Origin: an uncultured Acidobacteriota bacterium
Lineage (GTDB): Bacteria > Acidobacteriota > Vicinamibacteria > Vicinamibacterales > 2-12-FULL-66-21
Assembly (NCBI GenBank): GCA_963839705.1
Contig: CAWIWL010000008.1
Location: forward strand, 577,629-641,628
Length of the DNA: 64,000 nucleotides
Direction of reading: 5' to 3'
Shown: one piece after another, positions 37,412 through 48,372 of the stretch
How positions within the stretch are numbered: the stretch's first letter is position 1
Layout of the letters: the number at the start of each line of letters is the position of its first letter
Notes under the pieces: generated by a model
The model's database searches: none
What the model was told of the DNA's origin: nothing
What the model saw: only the letters and a program-made list of their open reading frames with translations
Program-made: the position numbers and the translations under genes

Positions 37412-38542
37412 ATGTTCTCGCTCCACATCGACACGGCGCGAACGTGGCGTGGTGGTCAGAATCAAGTGCTCGTCACGGTCCTGGGGCTGCGCGGCCTCGG
37501 CCATCGAACGATGCTCGTGGCGCACCCGGACGGTGAGCTTCGACAGCGCGCGAAGGAGGGACTGGACCTGATTCCGCTCGCGCCCAAGACCGAGATGGAC
37601 CTCGGCGCGGCCTGGCGTCTGTCGCGCCTGCTCAAGCAGCTCAAACCCGACATCGTCCATGCCCATGACCCGCACGGCGTGGCGATGGCCGGCCTGGCGC
37701 TGTCGATGAGCACGCAGCTGGCCAAGCCGCCGCTCGTCGTCTCGCGCCGCGTCGACTTTCACCTGCGCAACGCGGCGCTGTCACGGTGGAAGTACCGTCA
37801 GGTGGACTGCTTCATCTGCGCGTCGGAAGCGATTCGCCAGATGATCGTCGCCGACGGCGTGCCCGACGCGCGGACGGTCACCGTGCACGAGGGCATCGAT
37901 CTCGAGCGCATGAACAGCGCCCCACGCGCCAGCCTGCACGAGGAGCTCTTCCTGCCTCATCAGGCGCCGATCGTCGGCAACGTCGCGGCGCTCGTGCCGC
38001 ACAAAGGCCAGCGGCACCTCATCGAGGCGGCGGCGCTCGTCGTCCGCAAGGTTCCGGATGCCCGCTTCGTGATCGCCGGAGAGGGCGAGCTGAGGCCGGC
38101 GCTCGAACGTCAGATCAAGGAACACCGCCTGGAGAAGCACGTCCTCCTCGCCGGGTTTCGCCCCGACGTGCTCTCGCTTCACAAGGCGTTCGACGTTTTC
38201 GTGATGAGCTCAATCACCGAAGGCCTCGGGACGTCGCTCCTCGACGCCATGGCTGCGGCCAAACCGATCGTGGCCACCGCGACGGGCGGGATTCCTGAAG
38301 TCGTGGTCGACGGCCTCACCGGAATCCTCGTGCCCCCGCGCGACGACGCGTTGATGGCCGCCGCCATCGTGCAGCTGCTCAAAGACGCCGCGCTCCGGCA
38401 GCAAATGGGGTACGCGGGCCTGGCGCGCGCGAGAGACCTGTTCAGCTCCGAGCGGATGCTGAAGGAGACACTCAAAGTGTATAAGCGGGTCGCGCTGCGG
38501 CCACATGTGGAGGACGACCAGGAGTCGGGAGTCAGGAGATAG
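37412..38542 (+). CDS. family 4 (GT-B) glycosyltransferase
   Basis: HAHDPHG, VGNVAALVPHKGQRHLIEA and SSITEGLGTSLLDAMAAAKPIVATATGGIPEVV (EX7E-type region). The start abuts the GT2 stop. Confidence 0.85.
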   Translation: MFSLHIDTARTWRGGQNQVLVTVLGLRGLGHRTMLVAHPDGELRQRAKEGLDLIPLAPKTEMDLGAAWRLSRLLKQLKPDIVHAHDPHGVAMAGLALSMSTQLAKPPLVVSRRVDFHLRNAALSRWKYRQVDCFICASEAIRQMIVADGVPDARTVTVHEGIDLERMNSAPRASLHEELFLPHQAPIVGNVAALVPHKGQRHLIEAAALVVRKVPDARFVIAGEGELRPALERQIKEHRLEKHVLLAGFRPDVLSLHKAFDVFVMSSITEGLGTSLLDAMAAAKPIVATATGGIPEVVVDGLTGILVPPRDDALMAAAIVQLLKDAALRQQMGYAGLARARDLFSSERMLKETLKVYKRVALRPHVEDDQESGVRR

Positions 38543-38687
38543 AAGGGTATCTGAGCGCCTAATCGAAAGGCTGGGCGAGCTCCGTCACTATGTCCCCATT
38601 TCTCAATGCTCGCGGGGCCCCACCCCCGCTCGCTCTCGCGCGGCGACTTCGCGCCGCGCTCGGGCCGCAGGCGCTGCTGGTCTGTGT

Positions 38688-39224
38688 CTACTGTGGCACG
38701 CCGACCACTCCCGCGCGACACCCCGAATGCGTGCGCGGGCAGTCGTCGAAGGTCGCGGCGCGGCCGTTCTCCGAAAAAGTGATGCCGCGCGCCATGCGGG
38801 TCTGGAGGGCTTCAGCCGTCAGGAGCCTGACGGTCCCGGCCAGCTTGGCGCTCTGCGCGTCGTAGATCGTGATCTCCGATCCGTCGATCAGGAAGGCCAC
38901 GCGTTTCCCGTCGGGCGTCCACACGATTTCCGAGCAGGTTCGGTTCGTGAGAACGGCCACCGTGTTGGTCGAGTCCTCCGACGCACCCAGTCGCAATTCC
39001 TGGCACGTGCCTTCGGGGCAGCGAACCTCTATCGCCACGGCGGCCCGGGACTTGTCCGGGGAGACCGCCTGCGCAGTCACGCGGCGCCGCGAGGCGTCGG
39101 TCGTCCGAGCGGTGACGAGGAGCGCGCCAGACGCACCGAGCGCGATGCCGACCACCAGCGCGGCGATCAGCCGGCCGGGCGAGCGCGGCGCAGCCGCGGG
39201 TGACAGAGCCCTTTCAGCGGACAT
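38688..39224 (-). CDS. hypothetical membrane-anchored protein
   Basis: ATG 39224, then MSAERALSPAAAPRSPGRLIAALVVGIALGASGALLV (one TM) and a ~140-aa Cys-containing domain. It overlaps the upstream gene's end by 58 nt, so the start is uncertain. Confidence 0.45.
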   Translation of the reverse strand: MSAERALSPAAAPRSPGRLIAALVVGIALGASGALLVTARTTDASRRRVTAQAVSPDKSRAAVAIEVRCPEGTCQELRLGASEDSTNTVAVLTNRTCSEIVWTPDGKRVAFLIDGSEITIYDAQSAKLAGTVRLLTAEALQTRMARGITFSENGRAATFDDCPRTHSGCRAGVVGVPQ

Positions 39225-40123
39225 TGCGAGTCTCCCTGCTTCCGGCCGAAGCCGCAGGCGTTCATCATGCCGACGTGGCAGATGGAGAAATCGAAGCGCA
39301 CGGGATCGGCAGCGTCGAGGTCGCGTAGAGACGCCGTGACGTCGGCCGCCATCTTCCAGCCCGGGCTGACGTACCGGGTCAGGCGCAGGCAGCGGCCCAG
39401 GCGGATGACATGCGTGTCGAGCGGCACGATGAGCCGCGCCGGCGAGAGCCCGGTCCAGACGCCCAGGTCGACTTCGTCGTGCCGCACCATCCACCGGAGG
39501 AACAGGTTCAAGCGCTTGCAGGCGCTGCCTGCCGACGGTCGCGGAAAGAAATAGCACACACCGGGACGTTTTGGCACGCGGCCGTATGCGCGCCGGATGT
39601 CGAGCGCGAGCGCCCGGGTCGAGAAACTGTCGAGCGCCGCGCTCACGTCCGGCGCGGCCGTGGCATCGCTCTCAAGCCCGGCGGAATCGCCTTCAAGAAA
39701 GAATGCCTCGATCGAGCCGGATTGCTCGAGCATCTGCCGCAGCATCCAGAGCAAGGCCAGGATATCCTCGCCGCGGATCCAGCGGTGCACCATCCCCCGA
39801 AGGTCAGTGTGCTTTGCACCCGGGTCGAGCTGTCGAACGTACTCCGACGGACGCGGCCCCATGATACGGAAGAGCGTGTCGATCGAGTTCAGCACGCTGG
39901 CGACGCGGCCGAACGCCAGTGCCGCGGCGCAGAAGCCGGCGACTTCGCGATCGCGCGGATCGGCGAAGGGCCGCACCCTGTGGACGGGATCACTCGCCGA
40001 TTCCTCGCGGTTGTAGTCGCTGTAGAGGCGGTCGAGGGAGGCGCCGAGCGCGCGCGAGCCGCGGCCAGCGGCTCGCGGCTGGCGGTTGACTCGCCGTTCG
40101 GCACTGGTAGCCAGCGGATTCAT
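39167..40123 (-). CDS. TIGR02757 (DUF2400) family protein
   Basis: 318 aa from ATG 40123. FRIMGPRPSEYV, KRLNLFLRWMVR, PLDTHV and a C-terminal Cys cluster CHVGMMNACGFGRKQGDSQCPLKGLC, as I recall for this family. Confidence 0.65.
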   Translation of the reverse strand: MNPLATSAERRVNRQPRAAGRGSRALGASLDRLYSDYNREESASDPVHRVRPFADPRDREVAGFCAAALAFGRVASVLNSIDTLFRIMGPRPSEYVRQLDPGAKHTDLRGMVHRWIRGEDILALLWMLRQMLEQSGSIEAFFLEGDSAGLESDATAAPDVSAALDSFSTRALALDIRRAYGRVPKRPGVCYFFPRPSAGSACKRLNLFLRWMVRHDEVDLGVWTGLSPARLIVPLDTHVIRLGRCLRLTRYVSPGWKMAADVTASLRDLDAADPVRFDFSICHVGMMNACGFGRKQGDSQCPLKGLCHPRLRRARPAG

Positions 40124-40197
40124 GGGTTCGGTCAGTGGCTTGTTCAATTGAAGCTGTGCGCTTTTGAAACCGCGAGCAGCGAGGCGCGAGCCGCCGC

Positions 40198-40842
40198 CTA
40201 GAACGCCGTCACCGGCTCCCCTGCCGCGCACATCGGGCACTCGGCCACGGGGAAGTTCTGCGGCGCGCGGTACTCCACGAGCGCGTAGTTGGGCACGCCC
40301 AGGTCGACGATTGCCTCCAAGCGATCGTAAATCTCGACCGTCGCGAGCACGGTTCCTCCCGCCTCGGTCACGAGGTCGGCACACCGCTGAAACGTCTTCC
40401 CGGTATTGCGAATGTCGTCGGCGAGCAGTACACGCTTGCCCCGAATCAGCCTCGCGTAGAAGCTGCGCAGCGTGCACTTGCCCTCACCGGGTGTGAAGGG
40501 GGCGAAGCTGCAGGACGGGTGGGTCAACGCGCGCCGGCCGTCGAGCAGGCCGGCGATGGTGTGCGCGAGGAGCGCGCCGCCGGTCGCCGGTCCCGCCACG
40601 ATGTCGGCCTGTTCGAGCAGCTGCGGGGGCAGCACGTCGAGCAGATCCTGCGCCAGGCGCCAGATGGTCGATGGATACCGGAACAGCTGATGGGGATTCA
40701 GGTAGACGCGGCCGTGGAACCCGTTGTGATAGTCGAAGTGCCCATCGCGCATGAGTACTTCGAAGGTCTGCAATTGCTTGAGCGCCAGCTCACGCGCCTC
40801 CTCGAGACGAGTCACCGTGTTGGACCTCTCTCCCCTCAGCAT
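40198..40842 (-). CDS. type I phosphoribosyltransferase (PyrE-like paralog) at the end of the pyrR-pyrB-pyrC operon
   Basis: PRPP loop RVLLADDIRNTGKT and GHFDYHNGFHGRVYLN. The C-terminal CPMC resembles the CPLC of pyrE at 31492. 7-nt overlap with pyrC. Confidence 0.7.
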   Translation of the reverse strand: MLRGERSNTVTRLEEARELALKQLQTFEVLMRDGHFDYHNGFHGRVYLNPHQLFRYPSTIWRLAQDLLDVLPPQLLEQADIVAGPATGGALLAHTIAGLLDGRRALTHPSCSFAPFTPGEGKCTLRSFYARLIRGKRVLLADDIRNTGKTFQRCADLVTEAGGTVLATVEIYDRLEAIVDLGVPNYALVEYRAPQNFPVAECPMCAAGEPVTAF

Positions 40843-42131
40843 GACGGGTTGCGGTAGACGACGCGGCCGCCGACGATTGTGGCCGCTACGCCGCCGCGCA
40901 GCTCCCAGCCGTCGAACGGCGTGTTCTTCGACTTCGACTTGAGCGCCGCCGCGCTGATCTTCACGCGCGCGTCCGGGGCGATCACCGTGATGTCGGCTGG
41001 CGCGCCTTCAGCCAGCGACCCGCCGGGCAGGTGAAAGACCCGGGCGGGATTGACCGACAGCAGCTCCACGAACCGGCTCCAGGAAATCTTCCCGGCATGC
41101 AGCAGGCGATCGCAGACGATGGGCACGGCCGTCTCGAGGCCGACGATCCCGAAGGGTGCGCGATCGAACTCGAGCATCTTCTCGTCAGCGTGGTGCGGCG
41201 CGTGGTCGGTGGCAATCACGTCGACGCTGCCGTCGGCGATGCCATCGAGCATCGCATCGCGGTCCGCCGCCTCGCGCAGCGGCGGATTCATCTTGAGGTT
41301 GGTGTCGTATTTCGGCGGTCCCTCGAGCGCTGCGTCGGTCAGCGTGAAGTGATGCGGCGCGACTTCGCAGGTGACGTTCACCCCGCGCTCCTTGCCTGCG
41401 CGCACGGCGCGGAGCGACTGGCGCGCGCTCATGTGCGCGATGTGGACGTGGCCACCGGTCAGCTCGGCCAGTGACACGTCGCGTTCGACCATCAGCGATT
41501 CGGCGACGCCGGGTATGCCGCGAAGGCCGAGCGCAGAGGCGTGGTACCCCTCGTGCGCAACGCCGTCGCCCTTGAGCGAGGGGTCCTCACAGTGATTGAC
41601 GATCGGCACACCGAGCATGCCGGCGTACTCGAGCGCGCGGCGCATGAGCAGAGCCGTGGCAACGGGACGGCCGTCGTCGGTGAACGCCACGCAGCCGGCC
41701 GCTTTCTGTTCGCCCAGCTCGGCGAGCTGGTCGCCTTTCGAGCCGAGCGAGACGGCGCCGATGGGATAGACGCGCGCCAGCCCCGCTTCGGCCGCCTTCT
41801 TGAGGATGAACTGCGTGATGCCGGCGTGGTCGTTGACCGGGTCCGTGTTCGGCATGCACGCGATCGCCGTGAATCCACCCGCCACGGCCGATGCGGCGCC
41901 GGTCGCGACGGTCTCCTTATGTTCCTGCCCCGGCTCCCGCAGGTGCACGTGGATGTCGATGAGGCCCGGAGTGACCACCCATCCGCGCGCGATCTCGAAG
42001 ACCTCGGCGCTCCCGGCCGGCAGGTTCCTGCCGACGCGTTTGATGACGCCGTCCTCAATCAACACATCGAATTCGCCGTCGCGGCCGCTCGCGGGATCGA
42101 CGACCCGCCCGTTCTTCAGCAATACGTTCAT
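40836..42131 (-). CDS. pyrC: dihydroorotase
   Basis: GLIDIHVHLREPG, ACMPNT, HCEDP, HIAHMS and IATDHAPH motifs. Confidence 0.95.
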   Translation of the reverse strand: MNVLLKNGRVVDPASGRDGEFDVLIEDGVIKRVGRNLPAGSAEVFEIARGWVVTPGLIDIHVHLREPGQEHKETVATGAASAVAGGFTAIACMPNTDPVNDHAGITQFILKKAAEAGLARVYPIGAVSLGSKGDQLAELGEQKAAGCVAFTDDGRPVATALLMRRALEYAGMLGVPIVNHCEDPSLKGDGVAHEGYHASALGLRGIPGVAESLMVERDVSLAELTGGHVHIAHMSARQSLRAVRAGKERGVNVTCEVAPHHFTLTDAALEGPPKYDTNLKMNPPLREAADRDAMLDGIADGSVDVIATDHAPHHADEKMLEFDRAPFGIVGLETAVPIVCDRLLHAGKISWSRFVELLSVNPARVFHLPGGSLAEGAPADITVIAPDARVKISAAALKSKSKNTPFDGWELRGGVAATIVGGRVVYRNPSC

Positions 42132-42137
42132 CGCAGA

Positions 42138-43874
<1,737 letters not shown>

Positions 43875-43894
43875 TTACACGAAGGTCACAATGA

Positions 43895-43971
43895 CACGAT
43901 GAACGATGGCCACGATGAACGTACACGCAGGCGAATTCATCGTGTGCATCGTGCCACCTGGGCTCATCGTG
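43895..43971. repeat. CACGATGAA word stutter forming an imperfect hairpin
   Basis: cacgatgaa at 43895 and 43911 faces ttcatcgtg (43936), gcatcgtg and ctcatcgtg (43963). It lies between the stop of the upstream minus-strand gene and the pyrR leader. Confidence 0.7.
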
Positions 43972-44015
43972 ATTGCCGAAGGCTCGTTGTCGGTAGGGCT
44001 CGTAGAACCTTACGT

Positions 44016-45758
44016 TCACCGATTGTGCGTCGGCACAAAGGCTATCGGTCGTCCCGTGGTGAACGCGCTCTTGAACAAGTCCGCTCGCGCGTAGCCATCC
44101 ATGTCGCGGCCGACGGGGAGACCGAGGAAGTACAACACCGTTGGCGTGAGGTCGACGATCGATCCGCGCGGGTGGCCGCCGGGTTCGACGGCCGTGCCGT
44201 AAGCGAGGAGGAAGCCATCCGGCGCCCGCTCGTGCGTGCCGCTCATGGGGTCGCCGAGCACCCTGGCGATCGCGCGCTTGAGCGGGGGCGGCGAATCCAT
44301 GCCGAATCCCGACACAACGAGCAGCAAGTCGCCGGGGAGGAGGTCGGCGAGGGCCTCGCCGATCTCGCCATCGATGTAGCCGTAGTACCCATCGACTATC
44401 TGGAGTCGCCGCCGGCGCTCGTCTTCGCTCGCCCCGGCTACGTCCCGCGGTTGCGTGTATCGGAAGTTGTAGTGGCCGACGGTGTCGAGTCCCTGGTAGC
44501 GGACCGCCGAGAGCTGCACCGGCCGTTCGGCCCGGAGGTTGCGCATCGCGCGGATATAGAACCGGTCGCGCAATCCGGCGGACCCTTCCGGCGACGTCGG
44601 CGAGATGTCGATGCGAAGCGCCGATGGCACCTCGGGGCCCTCTCCTGATTCCGCAAACGCGCTCCTGGCGAGGGGCAGCACTTCCTTGGGGTATCCGGCG
44701 CTCTCGTCGAGCTCGAGAAACGAGCCGATGAGCTGATGGAAACGGTCGCTCAGTACGAAACCGTGGACCTGCTGGGCGGGGAACGTTAGCGGCCACCGGA
44801 CCACGCCCGAGGTGACCCCGGCGGCGGCAAGAATGCTCCAGAGCGGGCGCGCGCGCAACGAGGCAGAGGAGTTCGGCTCGCGGCGGAGCAAGCCAAGATG
44901 GACGAGCACGTGCGAAAAACAGTGGTCCGGCAGGAGGGCAAACGGCCGCGTATCGCCGCGCACGTAGTACTCGGACGGCGACCGCACGCCGTTCTTCGCC
45001 GGGTACATGCCCGTCGCCGCCGCGGCCCACACGGGATCGGGGCTGGTCGGCCGCAGCGTGGCGAGATTCATCTGCGCACCGCCCTCGAGAAGCCGCGTAA
45101 AGTTCGGCAGCCGGCCGCCGGCGGCACGCGGCCACACGTAGTCGAGCGACGCGCCGTCGAGCAGCAGCATCACGACGCGCGGGCCCGAGACCGGGAGCGC
45201 GTGCGCGGCGAGCGCGGGCGGCAGCGATACCGCCGCGATCTCTACGCCTGGTCCGCGGGCCGCAACCGGAAGGGCCAGCGAGCCGAACACGGCGATCGCC
45301 AGCAGCGCGGCGCCGACGCGGCTGCCGCGGCGGCCGAAGGAATAGTGTGCCGCCGCCAGCCCCAGCAGGACGACGGCCGTCGCCGTCGTCGCGGCCGCGC
45401 CGGCCGTCATGCGCCGGACCGCTGTGTCGCCGAGCGCGAACGAAAACCCGTCGACGTTGAGCCACATCAACACCGAGGCCACTGCCGCCGTCGATGCCGT
45501 GAGCCACGCAAGGACGCGGACGCTCACCCACCCGGGCGACAAGGGGTCGAGACCGATGAACTCGCGCCCGACCATCAGCAGATAGAACAGCACTGCGAGG
45601 TGGACGCCGTAGAAAAGCCCCAGTGCGACGAAGAGACGCCACGTCGTGTCGGAAAGCAGCGGCACGCTCGGGTTGAGCTGCAGCACGATGATGGTGAGGA
45701 ACGCCGCACCAAGCGCTCCGGCCAGGAGCGAGTTGGTCAGCATCCGGAGGAACCGCAT
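44016..45758 (-). CDS. membrane-anchored alkaline phosphatase superfamily protein (nucleotide pyrophosphatase/phosphodiesterase-like)
   Basis: About 5 N-terminal TM spans, then VVMLLLDGASLDYVWP, ...TLRPTSPDPVWAAAATGMYPAKNG, DTVGH and GTHERAPDGF. Confidence 0.65.
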   Translation of the reverse strand: MRFLRMLTNSLLAGALGAAFLTIIVLQLNPSVPLLSDTTWRLFVALGLFYGVHLAVLFYLLMVGREFIGLDPLSPGWVSVRVLAWLTASTAAVASVLMWLNVDGFSFALGDTAVRRMTAGAAATTATAVVLLGLAAAHYSFGRRGSRVGAALLAIAVFGSLALPVAARGPGVEIAAVSLPPALAAHALPVSGPRVVMLLLDGASLDYVWPRAAGGRLPNFTRLLEGGAQMNLATLRPTSPDPVWAAAATGMYPAKNGVRSPSEYYVRGDTRPFALLPDHCFSHVLVHLGLLRREPNSSASLRARPLWSILAAAGVTSGVVRWPLTFPAQQVHGFVLSDRFHQLIGSFLELDESAGYPKEVLPLARSAFAESGEGPEVPSALRIDISPTSPEGSAGLRDRFYIRAMRNLRAERPVQLSAVRYQGLDTVGHYNFRYTQPRDVAGASEDERRRRLQIVDGYYGYIDGEIGEALADLLPGDLLLVVSGFGMDSPPPLKRAIARVLGDPMSGTHERAPDGFLLAYGTAVEPGGHPRGSIVDLTPTVLYFLGLPVGRDMDGYARADLFKSAFTTGRPIAFVPTHNR

Positions 45759-45782
45759 CACTCGAAGTGTATACTTCGGGTT

Positions 45783-46607
45783 GTGCCTTGCGACATCGAC
45801 GCCGCCGTCAGGTTCAACACTCGGCTCTCCGACGAGTACAGCGTACTCGCACTCGACGCGCCGGAGATCGCCGGGCTCGCGCGGCCGGGCCAGTTCGTCA
45901 TGGTCAAGCCGTCGCGAAGCAGCGACCCGTTGCTCAGGCGGCCGTTCTCGATCTTCGAAATCCTGCGCGACGCAAACGATCAGCCGACAGGCATCTCGAT
46001 CCTCAACAAGCGGATCGGCGTCGGCACACGGCTCATCTACGACGCCGAGCCAGGCTCACACATCGCCTGCCTCGGGCCCCTGGGCCGGCCGTTCGAACCG
46101 GTCGAGGCCCCGACACAAGCCTGGATGGTTGCGGGCGGCGTCGGGCTCGCGCCGTTCCTGAGCCTCGCCGAGGCGCTCGCGGCCCGCGGCACCCCGGCGA
46201 CGCTCTTCTACGGCGCGCGCCGGGCGCGCGACCTCTACTACACGGATGTGTTCGAACGTCTCGGCGTGCGGATCGTCGCCTCGACCGAAGATGGCAGCCT
46301 TGGCGCCAAGGGATTCATCAGCGGACCGCTCAACGATGCGCTCGCTGCGCTCCGTCCCGGCGCGGCCGTCAAGCTCTACGTCTGCGGACCGACGCCGATG
46401 ATGCGCGCAGTCGCGACCATCGCCGACTTCCACGGCCAGCCCTGCGACGTCTCGCTCGAGCAGGTCATGGGCTGCGGTCTCGGCGGCTGCTACAGCTGCG
46501 TCGTCCTCACCCGGCAGGTGGGCGCCCCGCCGCACTTCGTGCGCTCCTGCCTCGAAGGCCCGGTCTTCGACGCCGGCCGCATTGTCTGGGAAGCGTTGGC
46601 CCATTGA
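45783..46607 (+). CDS. pyrK: dihydroorotate dehydrogenase electron transfer subunit
   Basis: RRPFSI FAD motif, VAGGVGLAPF, and the C-terminal 2Fe-2S ligand pattern MGCGLGGCYSCVV...C. GTG start 45783. Confidence 0.85.
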   Translation: MPCDIDAAVRFNTRLSDEYSVLALDAPEIAGLARPGQFVMVKPSRSSDPLLRRPFSIFEILRDANDQPTGISILNKRIGVGTRLIYDAEPGSHIACLGPLGRPFEPVEAPTQAWMVAGGVGLAPFLSLAEALAARGTPATLFYGARRARDLYYTDVFERLGVRIVASTEDGSLGAKGFISGPLNDALAALRPGAAVKLYVCGPTPMMRAVATIADFHGQPCDVSLEQVMGCGLGGCYSCVVLTRQVGAPPHFVRSCLEGPVFDAGRIVWEALAH

Positions 46608-46609
46608 CC

Positions 46610-47548
46610 ATGGACCTGTCGGTTGCCATCGGATCGCTCCGCCTCCCGAATCCGCTCATCGCGGCGAGCGGGTGCTTCGGCTACGGCGTCGAGTACAGCG
46701 ACATCGTCGATCTCTCGACCCTTGGCGGCGTGGCGGTCAAGGGACTGTTCCTCGCGGAACGCCAGGGACATCCGCCGCCGCGCATCATCGAGACGCCGTC
46801 GGGCATGCTGAACGCGATCGGCCTCCAGGGCATCGGCGTGCACCGTTTCGTGCGCGAGAAGCTGCCCGAGCTGCGCGACCGCCGGGCGATCGTCTTCGTC
46901 AACATCTGCGGGACGACGATCGACGAGTACGTCGAGCTGGCGCGCATCCTGAGCGACGCCGAGGGCGTGGCCGCCCTCGAGCTCAACATCTCGTGCCCGA
47001 ACATCAAGGAAGGCGGCATCACATTCGGCTGCAGCCTCACCGGCACGCACGCGGTGGTCAGCGCAGTCCGCAAGGTCACGACGCTGCCGGTCATTCCCAA
47101 GCTGACGCCGAACGTGACCGACGTCGCGTCGTTCGCGCGCGCCGCTGAGGAGGCGGGCGCCGATGCCGTCTCGCTCGTGAACACCTTTCTCGCCATGGCC
47201 ATCGACGTTGACACGCGTCGCCCCAAGCTATCGAACATTGTCGGCGGGCTCAGCGGACCGGCGATCCGTCCGATCGCCGTGCGCATGGTCTACGAATGCC
47301 GGCGGGCCGTGAAGCTCCCGATCATCGGTATGGGCGGCATCAGCACCGCTGCCGACGTGCTCGAGTTCATGATTGCAGGCGCCACGGCCGTGCAGGTCGG
47401 CACGGCCAACTTCGTCGATCCGTTTCTGTGGCGCACGCTTATCGAGGGGCTGCGCGCCTACATGGACCGCCACGGTATCACTCGCCTGGCGGAGCTCACG
47501 GGCAGCCTCGACACGACACGGCGGGAACAGGCGTGGATCAGCTCCTAG
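46610..47548 (+). CDS. pyrD: dihydroorotate dehydrogenase (class 1B catalytic subunit)
   Basis: [48 protein letters not shown] and GMGGI motifs. Confidence 0.95.
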   Translation: MDLSVAIGSLRLPNPLIAASGCFGYGVEYSDIVDLSTLGGVAVKGLFLAERQGHPPPRIIETPSGMLNAIGLQGIGVHRFVREKLPELRDRRAIVFVNICGTTIDEYVELARILSDAEGVAALELNISCPNIKEGGITFGCSLTGTHAVVSAVRKVTTLPVIPKLTPNVTDVASFARAAEEAGADAVSLVNTFLAMAIDVDTRRPKLSNIVGGLSGPAIRPIAVRMVYECRRAVKLPIIGMGGISTAADVLEFMIAGATAVQVGTANFVDPFLWRTLIEGLRAYMDRHGITRLAELTGSLDTTRREQAWISS

Positions 47549-48369
47549 TTGCACTGGATGTCGACAACGGTCCGGCGGCGCTCGCGCTTGCCGACATGCT
47601 TCGCGACATCGTCGGCGGCTTCAAGGTTGGCAGCCGCCTCTTCACGACCGAAGGCCCCGATATCGTCCGCACGTTGTCCCGCAGTGGCGGCCGCGTCTTC
47701 CTCGATCTGAAGTTTCACGACATCCCCAACACGGTTGCCACGGCGGTGGCGGCGGCCACCTCGCTCGGCGTCTGGATGGTGAACGTGCATGCGTCGGGCG
47801 GCACCCGGATGATGCAAGCCGCGCGAGACGCGGCGCGGGAGACGGCGGACCGCGAACGCCGGACGCCGCCGCTGGTCATCGCCGTCACTGTGCTCACGAG
47901 CATGAACGCCACGATGCTCGACGAGACCGGCGTTCACTCGCCGGTCCTCGATCAGGTGCTGCGGCTGGCAGAACTCGCGCAGGCCGCCGGACTGGATGGC
48001 GTCGTGGCTTCGCCACAGGAGACCGCGCTCATCCGGAAGCGGTGCGGCCCGGATTTCAGGATTGTGACGCCCGGCATTCGTGGTGGGGCGACTACGGAGA
48101 AGCGCGACGGCGCGGCGGCGCCGAGCGTAAAGAGCGAGGGCGCGAACGCGCTGAGCGTCAAGAGCGAGGGCGCGAACGCGCTGAGCGTCAAGAGCGAGGG
48201 CGCGAACGCGCTGAGCGTCAAGAACGACGACCAGGAGAGGACGCTCGGACCGGCCGAAGCGATCGCTGCCGGCGCCAGCTACCTGGTCGTCGGCCGGCCA
48301 ATCATCGCCGCCGCCAATGCCCGGAAGGCGGCCGAAGAGATAGCCCGGGCCCTCAAGCCCGGGCCATGA
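47533..48369 (+). CDS. pyrF: orotidine 5'-phosphate decarboxylase with an internal repeat insertion
   Basis: [33 protein letters not shown] and DDQERTLGP...VVGRPI motifs. GTG 47533 overlaps the pyrD end by 16 nt. Confidence 0.9.
   Translation: MDQLLVALDVDNGPAALALADMLRDIVGGFKVGSRLFTTEGPDIVRTLSRSGGRVFLDLKFHDIPNTVATAVAAATSLGVWMVNVHASGGTRMMQAARDAARETADRERRTPPLVIAVTVLTSMNATMLDETGVHSPVLDQVLRLAELAQAAGLDGVVASPQETALIRKRCGPDFRIVTPGIRGGATTEKRDGAAAPSVKSEGANALSVKSEGANALSVKSEGANALSVKNDDQERTLGPAEAIAAGASYLVVGRPIIAAANARKAAEEIARALKPGP
48123..48224. repeat. 30-bp tandem repeat x3.4 inside pyrF (in frame)
   Basis: The unit gagcgt(a/c)aagagcgagggcgcgaacgcgct occurs at 48123, 48153 and 48183, with a partial copy at 48213. 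It encodes [10 protein letters not shown] x3. Confidence 0.95.
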
Positions 48370-48372
48370 ACC

